Assembly (NCBI GenBank): GCA_951406725.2
Contig: OX597836.1
Span: forward strand, 31,372,001 to 31,436,000
Length of the DNA: 64,000 nt
Source: Octopus vulgaris
Lineage: Eukaryota
Direction: 5' to 3'
The position numbers and the translations under genes were made by a program. This document shows, one piece after another, positions 39,637 to 52,503 of this stretch. Each line of letters begins with the position of its first letter. Position 1 is the first letter of the stretch. The notes below the pieces were generated by a model. The model was not told the origin of the DNA. It searched no databases and worked only from the letters and a program-made list of their open reading frames with translations.

Positions 39637-40240
39637 CTCTTTTACTTGTTTCAGTCATTTGACTGCGGCCATGCTGGAGCACCGCCTTTTTTTTAGTCGA
39701 GCAAATCGACCCCGGGACTTATTCTTTGTAAGTCCAGTACTTATTCTATCGGTCTCTTTTGCCGAACCGCTAAGTGACGGGGACGTAAACACACCAGCAT
39801 CGGTTGTCAAGCAATGCTAGGGGGACAAACACAGACACACAAACACACACACATACATATATATATACATATATACGACAGGCTTCTTTCAGTTTCCGTC
39901 TACCAAATCCACTCACAAGGCATTGGTCGGCCCGGGGCTATAGCAGAAGACACTTGCCCAAGATGCCACGCAGTAGGACTGAACCCGGAACCATGTGGTT
40001 GGTTAGCAACCATACAGTTCCGATTCCTTGGGCAAGTGTCTTCTACTATAGCCTCGGACCAACCAAAGCCTTGTGAGTGGATTTGGTAGACGGAAACTGA
40101 AAGAAGCCCGTCGTATATATATGTATATATATATGTGTTTGTCTCCCCAACATCGCTTGACAACCGATGCTGGTGTGTTTACGTCCCCGTTACTTAGCGG
40201 TTCGGCAAAAGAGACCGATAGGATAAGTACTAGGCTTATA
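39637..40240. mobile_element. Young SINE B (minus) fused back-to-back with a partial SINE B (plus)
   Basis: Orientation switches near 40010-40027; CpGs intact. Confidence 0.9.
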
Positions 40241-40267
40241 TATACATATATTATAGATGGATAGATA

Positions 40268-41245
40268 TTCTTTTACTTGTCTCAGTCATTTCACTGCGGC
40301 CTTGCTGGAGCACCGCCTTTAGTCGAACAAATCAACCCCAGGACTTATTCTTTGTGAGCCTACTACTTATTCTACCGGTCTCTTTTGTCGAATCGCTAAG
40401 TTATGGGAGTGTAAACACCCCAACATCGGTTGTCAAGCGATGATGGAGGGACATACACAGACACTCAAATACATACATACATACATACATACATACATAC
40501 ATAGCCACTAGACACATTTTTTTCTCTCCTTGTTTTTTTCTGTGTCCCTTTCTGTAGAAGAGCATAGGCTCGAAACGTAAAAGACTTTTTCTATTCCTGA
40601 GCGTTATATTAATACATCTGTTTGTTTTGTACACCACCTGTCTTGGTCTTTTGTTTTTTCGTAAACTCTTACTATATATACGATAGGCGTCTTTCATTTC
40701 TCGTCTACCAAATCCATCCACAAGGCTTTCCTCGGCCTGAGGATATAATAGAAGACGCCCAAGGTGTTACACAGTACGACTGAGCTTTGAACCATGTGGT
40801 TGGGACGCAAGCTTTTTACCACACACTCGCATGCACGCACGCACGCATACACACACACATACACACACACGCACACAGACTGCGACCATGCTGGGGCACC
40901 GCCTTGAAAAATTTTTAGTTGAATGAATCAACCATAGTACTTATTTTTCCTTTTAAGCCTGGTATTTATTCTATCGGTCTCTTTTACTGAACTGCTAAGT
41001 TTCAGGGACATAAACACATCAACACCGGTTGTCAAGCAGTGGCGGGGGCAAACACAGACACGAAGACACACACACATACACACACACGCACACACACACA
41101 CACACATACACATACATGCATATATTCATGCATACATACGACGGGCTTCTTTCAGTTTTTGCCTACCAAATTCACTCACAAGGCATTGGCTATAGTGGAA
41201 GACACTAGCCCAACGTGCCAGGCTGTGGGATTGAACCTGGAACTA
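40268..41245 (-). mobile_element. Two further SINE B copies, the first with an insert
   Basis: Tails near 40268 and 40878; heads near 40820 and 41245. Confidence 0.85.
40502..40672 (+). mobile_element. Short microsatellite-associated repeat (Penelope pLTR/retrozyme-like) with hammerhead-like motif
   Basis: Same element is inverted at 41893-42082 and 62541-62696; CTTT-CTGTAGAA-GAGC/GCTC-GAAAC-GTA-AAAG. Confidence 0.6.
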
Positions 41246-41333
41246 GGATGTTTTATATGTGTTTATGGTTTCATTATAGCAGTCTGATATGAATCCATAA
41301 ACACATATAAAACATCCAAGGGTATAGTTTTTC

Positions 41334-41391
41334 CTCTCTGAAGATATGTTCACGTCATATGAATGAAATTCATCGAAACAGCTGTAAGGGA
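41334..41391 (+). ncRNA. Type I hammerhead ribozyme-like motif (degenerate stem II) in a Penelope-like repeat
   Basis: CTCT-CTGAAGA-(30 nt)-GAAAC-AGCT-GTA-AGGG; palindromic minimal stem III typical of PLE hammerheads. Confidence 0.65.
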
Positions 41392-41480
41392 TCATGATTA
41401 ATTTGTTGTTAATAATAAACAATTATTGACTTCCCAATCTCCATTTTCTTTTTCTTCTTTTTTATGAATATAAACTATAC

Positions 41481-41540
<60 letters not shown>

Positions 41541-41832
41541 CAAAATCAGAAAATGGAGAAATACATCTAAATCATTAATCACCTACCAGATAATACCCAA
41601 TCACATACTTTATTGAACCACTACATAAGAACATTAAGGTTAAACATAAAAATATATAACAAAGCAGCGTACATGAATGAGTAATACAATACAATAGGTA
41701 CAATCATTATAAGAGGATATAAATAAATAAATATAAATAGATATAAATATAAATATACACTATATCTTACAGCTATTTCGGCCATGCAGATAAATATGTC
41801 TCATTTTACCTATATTAGCCATGTATAGTATG

Positions 41833-41892
<60 letters not shown>

Positions 41893-41896
<4 letters not shown>

Positions 41897-42082
41897 AGAG
41901 TTTACGAAAAAAAGAAAAGACGAAGGCAGGTGGTGTACAAAACAAACAGATGTATTAGTATAACGCTCAGGAATAGAAAAAGTCTTTTACGTTTCGAGCC
42001 TACTCTCTTCTACAGAAAGGGACACAGAAAAAAACAAGGAGGGAAAAAAATGTGTGTAGTGGCTAACGATCTATCATGGCGA
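41893..42082 (-). mobile_element. Second copy of the short hammerhead-like repeat, flanked by (TA)n
   Basis: Reverse complement of 40502-40672. Confidence 0.65.
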
Positions 42083-42085
42083 CTC

Positions 42086-42124
<39 letters not shown>

Positions 42125-42404
42125 ATTTTAAGGAAACTAATTCTCCAAAAATACTTGGAATTGGACCAGTATTTCCTTGAATGAAACCATCCCTTCATGA
42201 GGTTAACAACTTCTAATCGAATTTTACACATACACGCTCGCGCGCGCATATATGTGAATAATTGCTTGGATTTTAGGTGTGTCTATTAGTATGCTGATTA
42301 AAGTACATTCATCGTTTGGGCTACCTGATGTCATCATTCACAGTTACGGTATAATTTTCAATGGATCTACGTCACGAATTCCGCAGTGTTCGTTTGGATC
42401 ATAA

Positions 42405-42690
42405 ATGATGAGGGTATCGGAAAATGAATTTGGTACGAATCTTTGTTTAACTCGACTACGACCCGTCTCATAGTATTACGAGAGCGTATAACATGCCTGG
42501 AGGAACTCAGTATATTTAACAGGATATACCTTTATACCGAACACCTGAGAAGACTCAGACTTCACTGCTCTATGCAACACAACTAGATGCACAATGTCCT
42601 ACCCGTAAGGGACAGCTTCAACATGGGTCAAAACGATCGTCACGTTGAATAAAGATTTGTACCAAATCCATTTCATTTTCATCATCAATT
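42405..42690. mobile_element. Old MITE or foldback element
   Basis: aaatgaatttggtacgaatcttt (42422) versus aaagatttgtaccaaatccattt (42651). Confidence 0.5.
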
Positions 42691-42790
42691 ATATATATAT
42701 ATATACGAAAAAGCACATTCTAAACCTAAGATTTTGTTGTCAAAATTTATGCGCAATAAACTAGTTATATTTCTACAATGCACAAAATAT

Positions 42791-43000
42791 TCTTTTTTTA
42801 CTCTAGGCACAAGGCCTGAAATTTTGGGGGAGAGGGGGGCAGTCGATTAGATCTAGCCCAGTACGCAACTGGAACTTAATTCATCGACCACGAAAGGATG
42901 AAAGGCAAAGTCGACCTCGGCGGAATTTGAATACAGAACGTAAAGACAAACGAAATAACGCTAAGCATTTCGCCCGGCGTTTTTGCCAGTTCGCTGCCTC
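42791..43000 (-). mobile_element. SINE family A with TSD
   Basis: caat(g/a)cacaaaatatt on both sides. Confidence 0.85.
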
Positions 43001-43054
43001 AATACACAAAATATTTAAACATTCTTTAATACAATTCCTAACAATGTTCAATCA

Positions 43055-43486
43055 TCTCTATATATATAAACGGCAGTTTGTCTGTCTGTGTGTCTGTCAG
43101 GTTGTACCCTCACCCTGACTACGGCTTTCAACCGATTCTGATGAAACTTGACACACACATAGCCCAATGTCATAATTCAAAACTAACGCAGTGAAAATTT
43201 TGAAAAGTTCCCCCAGTTCTGAAAAAAATCGATAAATTCGACATGGGGTCGAGAATCTAAGCTTTTTATATGCAACACATTTTCTGTCTAGGGGACACAA
43301 CTCGACCTTTTTATCGCCCAAAGGGACAGCTAGGAACATCGTATACACAGAAGTATTCGAGTGAAGAGAAGACATTGCAACCTACACATGTGCCTTCGTT
43401 CCCTAGAGGGAAAGGACTAGATTAGGATTAGTCGTTGCCTACTAGGGGCTCTTACATACCCGGGCAACGCTGGGCTATGCTGCTAG
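43055..43486 (+). mobile_element. Non-autonomous Helitron
   Basis: A|TC..TATATATAAA start, subterminal GC hairpin cccgggcaacgctggg, CTAG|T end, no TSD. Confidence 0.85.
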
Positions 43487-44060
43487 TAAAAACATAAAAG
43501 GAGATTTTTTAAACATCGAATAGCTATGAGAGTCCCATGCCCCGAGTTAAAATGGTTGAGAAGCACTGCTCTAAAGCAGAAAGCAGTAATGTATTTAAAA
43601 GTAGTTGAGCTTATAGTCCGGTTATAGAGTGAGCAATGGTTCAGCATCCACAATTTCGTTGGCCTGTGAACGTCTCGTCAGACTCTAAAGCCGAAGACAT
43701 ATGTAACTCCTCACCTCAAGAGATCCGGCTAAAAATCCTGCTTCTTTTTTTAAATACCATGAGAAGTGGTACTTCTCCTGCGCACATGCATCCAAATACA
43801 AACACGCACATATCAAAACATCTATGTACAGTAATTGTTGCCAGTTTTTAAAATATTTAATTTTATTTCTATTATTATTTAAGAAGACCACCTTTCCACT
43901 TAATGAATGTCGTTACGAGGTCTTATGGTTGTTAGCAAGTCCGGCTCTGGACAAGCAAACATTGTTGGATATGTTATAAACATCTGCAAGCAAAAAAAGT
44001 TTCTGGGACTGAAGTAAAGTCTGATTTATGAAGTGTTCGTTTCAAGATGTCTTAAGTGCC

Positions 44061-44126
<66 letters not shown>

Positions 44127-44589
44127 ACGCACGCACACACACACAGACACACACACACACACGCACACACACCTTATCCAAATTTAAACATTTATTTTGA
44201 GATTTCCCTCACGTGCGAAAAAGCTCGTTTAATTTTATTTTTAATTCTAATTAAAACTTAGACTAATCGCTAATTAATTTAATGCTCACAGAAACCATAC
44301 TCATGTATCTACTAAGTTCTTTTTCTCTTCTACACATAATAGTGTGTGTGTGTGTGTGTGGGGGGGGGGGTGAATTAATAAATGTTTGTGTTTACAAACG
44401 CTGGCAAAAAGTACTCAATACGTTCTATGAGAAGCTGAAGCATCTTAAATTGTAACTCAGAGTTTCGCGGCTCCGATTGTCCACACGATTCAGAACAGTC
44501 GCAAAGTAAAACATAAGTGTTTCAGCTCAAACTCCTGTTTTTCATTAAATGCACTGCTCCTCCGGCACGCATGTACACGCACATACAAA

Positions 44590-44934
44590 CATATATACAC
44601 ACACACATACATACATACATACATACATACATACATACATACATACATACATACATACATACATACATACATACATACATACATACATACGTACGTACAT
44701 ACATATATATATGTATGTGTGCAAGAGAGAGAGAGAAAGAGACAAACAGACAACGAGACAGAGAGATGATCAAAGTCTTGAGTGGATTTGGCAGACAGAA
44801 ACTGAAAACCGCCCGTCAGGTGTGTGTATGTGCGTGTATGTATGTATGTATGTATGTATGTATGTATGTATGTATGTATGTATGTATGTATGTATGTATG
44901 TATGTATGTATGTATCTATGTATGTATGTATGTA

Positions 44935-44965
<31 letters not shown>

Positions 44966-45205
44966 ATGTATGGTATGTATGTATGGTATGTATATATGGT
45001 ATGTATATAAGTATGTATGTATGTATGTATGTATGTATGTGTGTATATGTATGTATGTATGTATGTGTATGTATGTATGTGTATGTATGTATGTATGTAT
45101 GTATGTGTGTATGTATGTATGTATGTATGTATATGTATGTATGTGTGTATGTATGTATGTATGTATGTGTGTATGTATGTATATATGTATGTAGGTAGGT
45201 AGGTA
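44590..45205. repeat. (CATA)n followed by (TATG)n microsatellites; the latter lies inside a SINE B (about 44775-45450, plus)
   Basis: Direct inspection; SINE B motifs on both sides of the TATG tract. Confidence 0.9.
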
Positions 45206-45342
45206 TTTGAGTTTGTCCTTTTGTTTGGTCCCAAGCATCGCTTGACAACCGATGCTGGTTTGTTTACGTTCCTATAACGTAGCGATCGTGCAAAAGTGGC
45301 TGGTTTAAAATAACTACCAGGCTTTTTATTTAACAAAATAAA

Positions 45343-45375
<33 letters not shown>

Positions 45376-45774
45376 ACTGAGGTCGATTCGGTCGACTAAA
45401 ATCACTTCAGCATGGCCGTAGTCCACCAGTTACTGAAACAAGCAAGCGATAAGAAATAATAATATTCAGAGCTGTTGATAGGTAAATTCTACTTCGCCTA
45501 GATCTGAACTTTCGAACATGGTGCAAGGGCAGAAACTCTCTATTCATATTGCGCGACGTAGCACGGGAGTGGACGCTTTATAACAGCCAGTGGAAAAGGG
45601 AATATCCTTATGCACTGTTGAAAGGGAGTCTCGTGTTGTCTTTGGCTTTTCTGGACCATCTTTAACGACCTGAAACGAATGCACTCAGTTTTATATAGAT
45701 ATTATATAAATAGAGAGAGATTTATAAAATATGGTGGTGTTTGCGTATAATACGCAAATTATGCGTATAGCTTT

Positions 45775-46800
45775 GTATGTATGTATGTATGTATGTATGT
45801 ATGTATGTATGTATGTATGTATGTATGTATGTATGTATGTATGTATGTGCGTATGTATGTATGTATGTATGTATGTATGTATGTATGTATGTATGTATGC
45901 ATGCATGCATGTACGTACGTACGTACGTATGTATGCATGCATGCATGCATGTATGTACGTACGTACGTACGTATGTATGTATGTATGTATGTATGTATGT
46001 ATGTATGTATGTATGCATGCATGCATGCATGCATGTACGTACGTACGTACGTACGTACGTATGTATGTATGCATGCATGTATGTATGTATGTAGTACGTA
46101 CGTACGTACGTATGTATGTATGTATGTATGCATGCATGCATGCATGCATGCATGTATGTATGCATGTATGTATGTACGTACGTACGTACGTACGTACGTA
46201 CGTATGTATGTATGTATGTATGTATGTATGCATGTATGCATGCATGCATGCATGCATGTACGTACGTACGTACGTACGTACGTATGTATGTATGTATGTA
46301 TGTATGTATGTATGCATGCATGCATGTACGTACGTACGTACGTATGCATGCATGCATGCATGTATGTATGTATGTATGTATGTACGTACGTACGTACGTA
46401 CGTATGTATGTATGTATGTATGTATGTATGTATGTATGCATGCATGCATGCATGCATGTATGTACGTACGTACGTACGTACGTACGTACGTATGTATGTA
46501 TGTATGTATGTATGTATGTATGCATGCATGCATGCATGTATGTATGTATGTATGTATGTACGTACGTACGTACGTATGTATGTATGTATGTATGTATGTA
46601 TGTATGTATGTATGTATGCATGCATGCATGCATGCATGTATGTATGTACGTACGTACGTATGTATGTATGTATGTATGCATGCATGCATGCATGTGTATG
46701 TATGTATGTATGTATGTATGTACGTACGTACGTACGTATGTATGTATGTATGTATGTATGTATGCATGCATGCATGCATGTATGTATGTATGTATGTATG
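45775..46800. repeat. About 1 kb compound tetranucleotide satellite TATG/CATG/TACG
   Basis: Direct inspection. Confidence 0.97.
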
Positions 46801-46834
46801 CCAGTATGTATGCAAACATGTATTTTTGTATCAG

Positions 46835-46885
<51 letters not shown>

Positions 46886-46889
46886 ATAC

Positions 46890-47165
46890 ATGATTCAGTG
46901 GTGAGAGCGTCGGGCTCACAATCATGAGGTAGTGAGTCCGATCCCCGGAGTGGGCTGCGTGTTGTGTTCTTGAGCAAGACACTTTATCGGCCTGCTTTTC
47001 TTTGGATAAACGGAGGTGCAATCCCATGGTCATCCATGACCAAAAGGGGTTACACACACACACACACACAGCTGTAGAAATAAGCATCGGCCTGCTTTTC
47101 CTTTGGATAAACTCGGAGGTGCAATCCCATGGTCATCCATGACCAAAAGGGGTCTTTACCCTTTA
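46890..47165 (+). mobile_element. tRNA-derived SINE (family C-related) with duplicated 3' part
   Basis: cagtggtgagagcg..gtccgatccc..cttgagcaagacactt; about 65 bp repeated at 46986 and 47086. Confidence 0.7.
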
Positions 47166-47294
47166 CACACACACACACACACACACACATACACACACAT
47201 TAAAGTAAGCTAAGGCCGGTTTATGGGATTACCTTAGGTTTCACGTCTATAAAGGGCTTAGCTATATGGCGTACCATCAGATCCTAAAATATAT

Positions 47295-47690
47295 AGGCAC
47301 AGGAGTGGCTGTGTGGTTAGTCGCTTGCTTACCCACTGCATGGTACCTTGGGCAAGTGTCTTCTACTATAGCCTCGGGCCGACCAAAGCCTTGTGAGTGG
47401 ATTTGGTAGAAGAAACTGAAAGAAGCCCGTCGTATATATGTGTGTGTGTGTGTGTGTGCGTGCGTGTGTGTGTGTTTGTTTGTCTGTGTTTGTACCCCCT
47501 AGCATTGCTTGACAACCGATGCTAGTGTGTTTACGTCCCCGTAACTTATCGGTTCGGCAAAAGAGACCAATAGAATAAGTACTAGGCTTCCAAAGAATAA
47601 GTCCTGGGGTCGATTTGCTCGACTAAAGGCGGTGCACCAGCATGGCCGCAGTCAAATGACTGAAGCAAGTAAAAGAAAATAAAAGAGAAA
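47295..47690 (+). mobile_element. SINE family B, young and near full-length
   Basis: Head, core and tail present, CpGs intact. Confidence 0.9.
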
Positions 47691-47896
47691 TACGGAGATG
47701 TACTTGCATAGCAAGTGACCTGATCTGAGATCGTGTACTGGAACGAAAACAATTGCAGCGTGGAAGGTGTTTACAAGCCATTTAAGAAACACACGAAACC
47801 CGTTAGATTCACTTCAACATTTTAATTTAATTTGTCAAAATATTTTCGTCGCTTTGAGACCGCGACCTGTTCTGACAAAATTCCGTGCCACACACA

Positions 47897-47998
<102 letters not shown>

Positions 47999-48604
47999 GA
48001 AACAGGAGATTGGCAAAATTGTTTTGCATTATTTATTCACCATTATTTTTTTTCCAATCTCGTATTTTGATATGTATTTATGCTGCAAAAAAAATATTTT
48101 CCAGTATTTTTCAACTCTAATGCATACTTCACACTTATATAACATCTACACACAACTTTAGAGTACTGGAATAAGCAGATGTCCTTCAAGAGGACACAGC
48201 TTGTATTGTAACCCTATCTACAATGTGTGTGTGTATGTGTATGGAGGGTGCATGGCCTAATGGTTAGAGTGCTGCACTCACGACCCCGAGATTGTAGGAC
48301 TGGGAGGTGCATTTTGCTCTTGAGCAAAATACTTAATCTCACAAAAAGACAAAATAAAATTAGTAAAAAATTTACTAGTTTTATTTTGTCTTTTTGTCTT
48401 CTCTTCTTGTGCTATATATGAACACTTAATGTGGTCTTAGAGTCAGATCCTGGCTGCTATTTTCAGAATAGCGGTATCTCGTAGATACCCTAAGATATAA
48501 TTTTAATAATAATTATTACCTTTGAAGGTTTTTATTTGCATGCTAGCCACTTGATAAGATCGTTATTTAATTTAAATTAAACGATCTTATCCTTATTTAT
48601 ATAA

Positions 48605-48677
<73 letters not shown>

Positions 48678-48806
48678 TGTATGTATGTATGTATGTATGT
48701 ATGCATGTATGCATGTATGTATTAAATGTTCGGCACCCACCTTTTTTAATAATGAATGGAGAAAGTTTAAAAAAAAGATTTTTTTAAGAAAAAAAAAATC
48801 AGTGTT

Positions 48807-49190
48807 TCTTTATATATAAAAGTGAAGTTGTGTGTCTGTCTCCTACGATTTAGATTCCTAACTACTCCCACATTTTGCGGTGCAGTTTAACCAAAACCGG
48901 GTATCTTATAGTCGTGATTCATATCGAGCCCTTCTGGGTATTAGCGCGCGTCTACGATGAGTCTACGATTTTAAGAAAAAATTACCATCATTTTTTTCCA
49001 TTTTAATGCATTTCTTTCGCTATTATATAAGGGAAGTAACTCTCTAAAAATGTCTACGATGAGTCAAGGATTTAAAAAGAAATTTACCATAATTTTTTTC
49101 TATTTTTAATGCATTTTTTGGCTATAACTCTAAAAATGCTTTATAGTTATTTCCCTTACAAACCCGAGCAACGCCGGGCGATACTGCTAG
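48807..49190 (+). mobile_element. Non-autonomous Helitron (second family)
   Basis: TC..TATATATAAA start, cccgagcaacgccggg hairpin, CTAG|T end; internal duplication of about 100 bp. Confidence 0.85.
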
Positions 49191-49431
49191 TTTATCATAA
49201 TACTTCATATCACTTATACAATCCACCCTGGTGTGAATTATCTATGAAGCTTAGAATAGCTTGTTAAAAGTTTACTCAGAGAAGTTGAGAATTTAATCTA
49301 CCTTTTAATTATGTAGAATTTCCCTACGGATTGCAAGGCCTATATTGCACTTGTTTGACCTATTGCCAAAATCCAGCGCAGATTAGATAGATAGATAGAT
49401 ATTATAGATAGATAGATAAATAGATAGATAA

Positions 49432-49466
<35 letters not shown>

Positions 49467-49467
49467 T

Positions 49468-49511
<44 letters not shown>

Positions 49512-49587
49512 CAATGGCAAAGTAATTTATTTTACTATTCTAATGAGTTCAGTATGTGGCAAAGTAATTTATTTTACTAAGCCCTTT

Positions 49588-49636
<49 letters not shown>

Positions 49637-49660
49637 TATATATATATATATATATATATA

Positions 49661-49696
<36 letters not shown>

Positions 49697-49856
49697 GTAG
49701 ATAGATAGGCAGACACAAACATGTATATGTATGCATATGCATACATGAATATACATATATATATGCACATATAGATGCAAATATATCTACGCATATTATA
49801 TATATGTAATATTTGTGCACGTATACACACATGCGTGTATACAACCCACACACACG

Positions 49857-49899
<43 letters not shown>

Positions 49900-50253
49900 A
49901 CGCATACATATGCATATATCCATACATAGATTTGGTTGGTGCTTTTCACGAAACTTGAAACCTTTGAGTCACTTATATAACTTCATAATTATATATCCGC
50001 GCGTGTGTGTGTGTGCGTGTGTATGAACATTTACAATACACATAATATTCACGTTTCTAGTGTAGTCTATAATTATATAAATATAGTAACAGGGGGAAAA
50101 CTCCTGTTTAACTGAAAACCCGTCCAACCATTTATCGTCTCTGCGCTCTCACACACATACACACGCTCTCACTCACTCACTCTCTCTATGAATGTATAAC
50201 CAACTCTCTCTATCTCTCTGTCTCTGTCTCTCTCTTCTCTCCCTCTCTCGTAG

Positions 50254-50383
50254 AATGATGCTACTATACTGAAAGTAGTAACCTTTGCTAACAACATAAC
50301 AGAAAGACGAGAAGATACACCAAAATGATTGTTACCATTTATACCTTTACACTCTGATCTGGAACATTATTCGTTAACACCAA
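50254..50383 (+). other. Candidate 130-nt exon, probably untranslated
   Basis: Long CT tract ending cgtag; CAA|gtaagt donor; stops in all frames. Confidence 0.45.
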
Positions 50384-50417
50384 GTAAGTGTCTGCTTTAA
50401 TTATATAAATACATTAA

Positions 50418-50503
<86 letters not shown>

Positions 50504-50917
50504 CCTGTCTGTCTGTCTCTATATCTGTCTGTCTTTCTGTCTATCTGTCTATCTATCTATCTGATTATCTGTATCTATATATAAATATATAGTGCTGAGA
50601 TTACCCTATATTGCTACTCCGAATCTCGTGAACCGCGCTGATCACGCAAGTGAAAACTCCTTTTCTCCTATTTTCGGTTGCTTTAACGGCGAAGATTCAT
50701 ACCGAAACTTGGAGTAGCATCCAATTAGCACAGAACCATAATAACGATTATGCTATATTACCGCTATGTTTTAATTTTGCTTCTTGTTTTGTTAGTAAAT
50801 TCGAGCGTGCAAACATACACAAACGCATGCACACACACACGTACACATGCACATACACACTAATACACACACACACACATTTATTTATTTATGTGCATGC
50901 ATACATATATCTAGCCA

Positions 50918-50956
<39 letters not shown>

Positions 50957-51061
50957 TTGCTTGCATGCATTTAGATTTTCCATAAAGCGAAGTAAACAAT
51001 TATTTGTGGGTGACAATTGTGTCAAATATGTATTTGCATTACGAGTGTGTATGTGTGTGAA

Positions 51062-51081
51062 AGACAGACAGACAGACAGAC

Positions 51082-51152
<71 letters not shown>

Positions 51153-51153
51153 C

Positions 51154-51196
<43 letters not shown>

Positions 51197-51221
51197 AAGG
51201 TAGGTAGGTAGATAGATAGAC

Positions 51222-51259
<38 letters not shown>

Positions 51260-51282
51260 TATACACATATAGAAAGGTAGTG

Positions 51283-51330
<48 letters not shown>

Positions 51331-51380
51331 GACAGACAGACAGACAGACAGTGTGATAGATAGATAGATAGATAGATAGT
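51062..51380. repeat. (GATA/GACA)n microsatellite
   Basis: Direct inspection. Confidence 0.95.
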
Positions 51381-51439
51381 GCGTACGTACGTGTGACAGA
51401 GAATACGTATATCTCAATATATGTGTGAATGCATTAGTG

Positions 51440-51589
51440 CAAGCATGGACAACCTTTTTCGGAAAGCGAGCTGCATGAGATATGGTTCGTTGTCAGGCAT
51501 GCTGTGCTATTAAAAAAAATTCATGTAATTTTTTTAGTTTAGGCGTGCCATTCAGTGTGTCCCAACGGGCCGCAGGTTGCCTATGACTG
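51440..51589. mobile_element. hAT-type MITE
   Basis: TIRs caagcatggacaacct / aggttgcctatgactg; 8-bp TSD cattagtg / cgttagtg. Confidence 0.75.
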
Positions 51590-51919
51590 CGTTAGTGTTG
51601 TAAGAGGTGTGTGTTAGTGTCAGGGAAGGGTTCTTCTGTAATGCAATATAAGCGAGATGCCTGTATAAATGTGTGCAGACGACAGGAGGGGGGGAGAAGG
51701 AATTGTACTATAATTGTGGGGCCACAATAAAGATGTGGGTAAAAAAAAGGGCAATCCCCTGGAAAGACCAATGCTGCTTGGCATTTCCTTGAAGGAGCGA
51801 TGCTGTCGGAAGGTGGTGAAATCTTCATAACTCAAGTCGACAGCTGAGAAGGAGCAGTGCCTACAGAGCAAGTTACGTGTAATACATACATACACACATA
51901 CATATATGCATTCATACAT

Positions 51920-51954
<35 letters not shown>

Positions 51955-52006
51955 TACACACACACATACATACATACATACATACATACATACATACATA
52001 CATACA

Positions 52007-52040
<34 letters not shown>

Positions 52041-52470
52041 CACACACACATACATACACAAATCCATACATACATACATATGTGTGTATGTATGCATGTG
52101 TGTATATTTATGCATGCACGTATGCATAGATGTGTGTACGTGTGCATTAATGAGTGTATGTATGTATGTATGCATGTATGTATGTATGTATGTATGTATG
52201 TATGTATGTATGTATGTATGTATGTATGTATGTATGTATGTATGTGTACCTGTAGCTTGCTTTTTAATCCCTTAATCTGGAAGAATAAATCTTTTGATCC
52301 CTCTATCACAATCCTTTGATTCCTGCTACCAACTGTAATTTCGACCCACACCCCGAAATCAACTTTCGCTAAAAGCACTTAATTCTAGGTCGAATGTCAT
52401 GCCAAATATTTGGTATATCCCGTTCTGTACACACGTTCATGCAAACTCAAAATGACAGCTGTAACCGTTT

Positions 52471-52503
<33 letters not shown>

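Noticed and set aside
45691-47087. Long ORFs of 260-440 aa (MYVC/HTYI repeats)
   Set aside because: Stop-free translations of the tetranucleotide satellite in all frames; no coding signature
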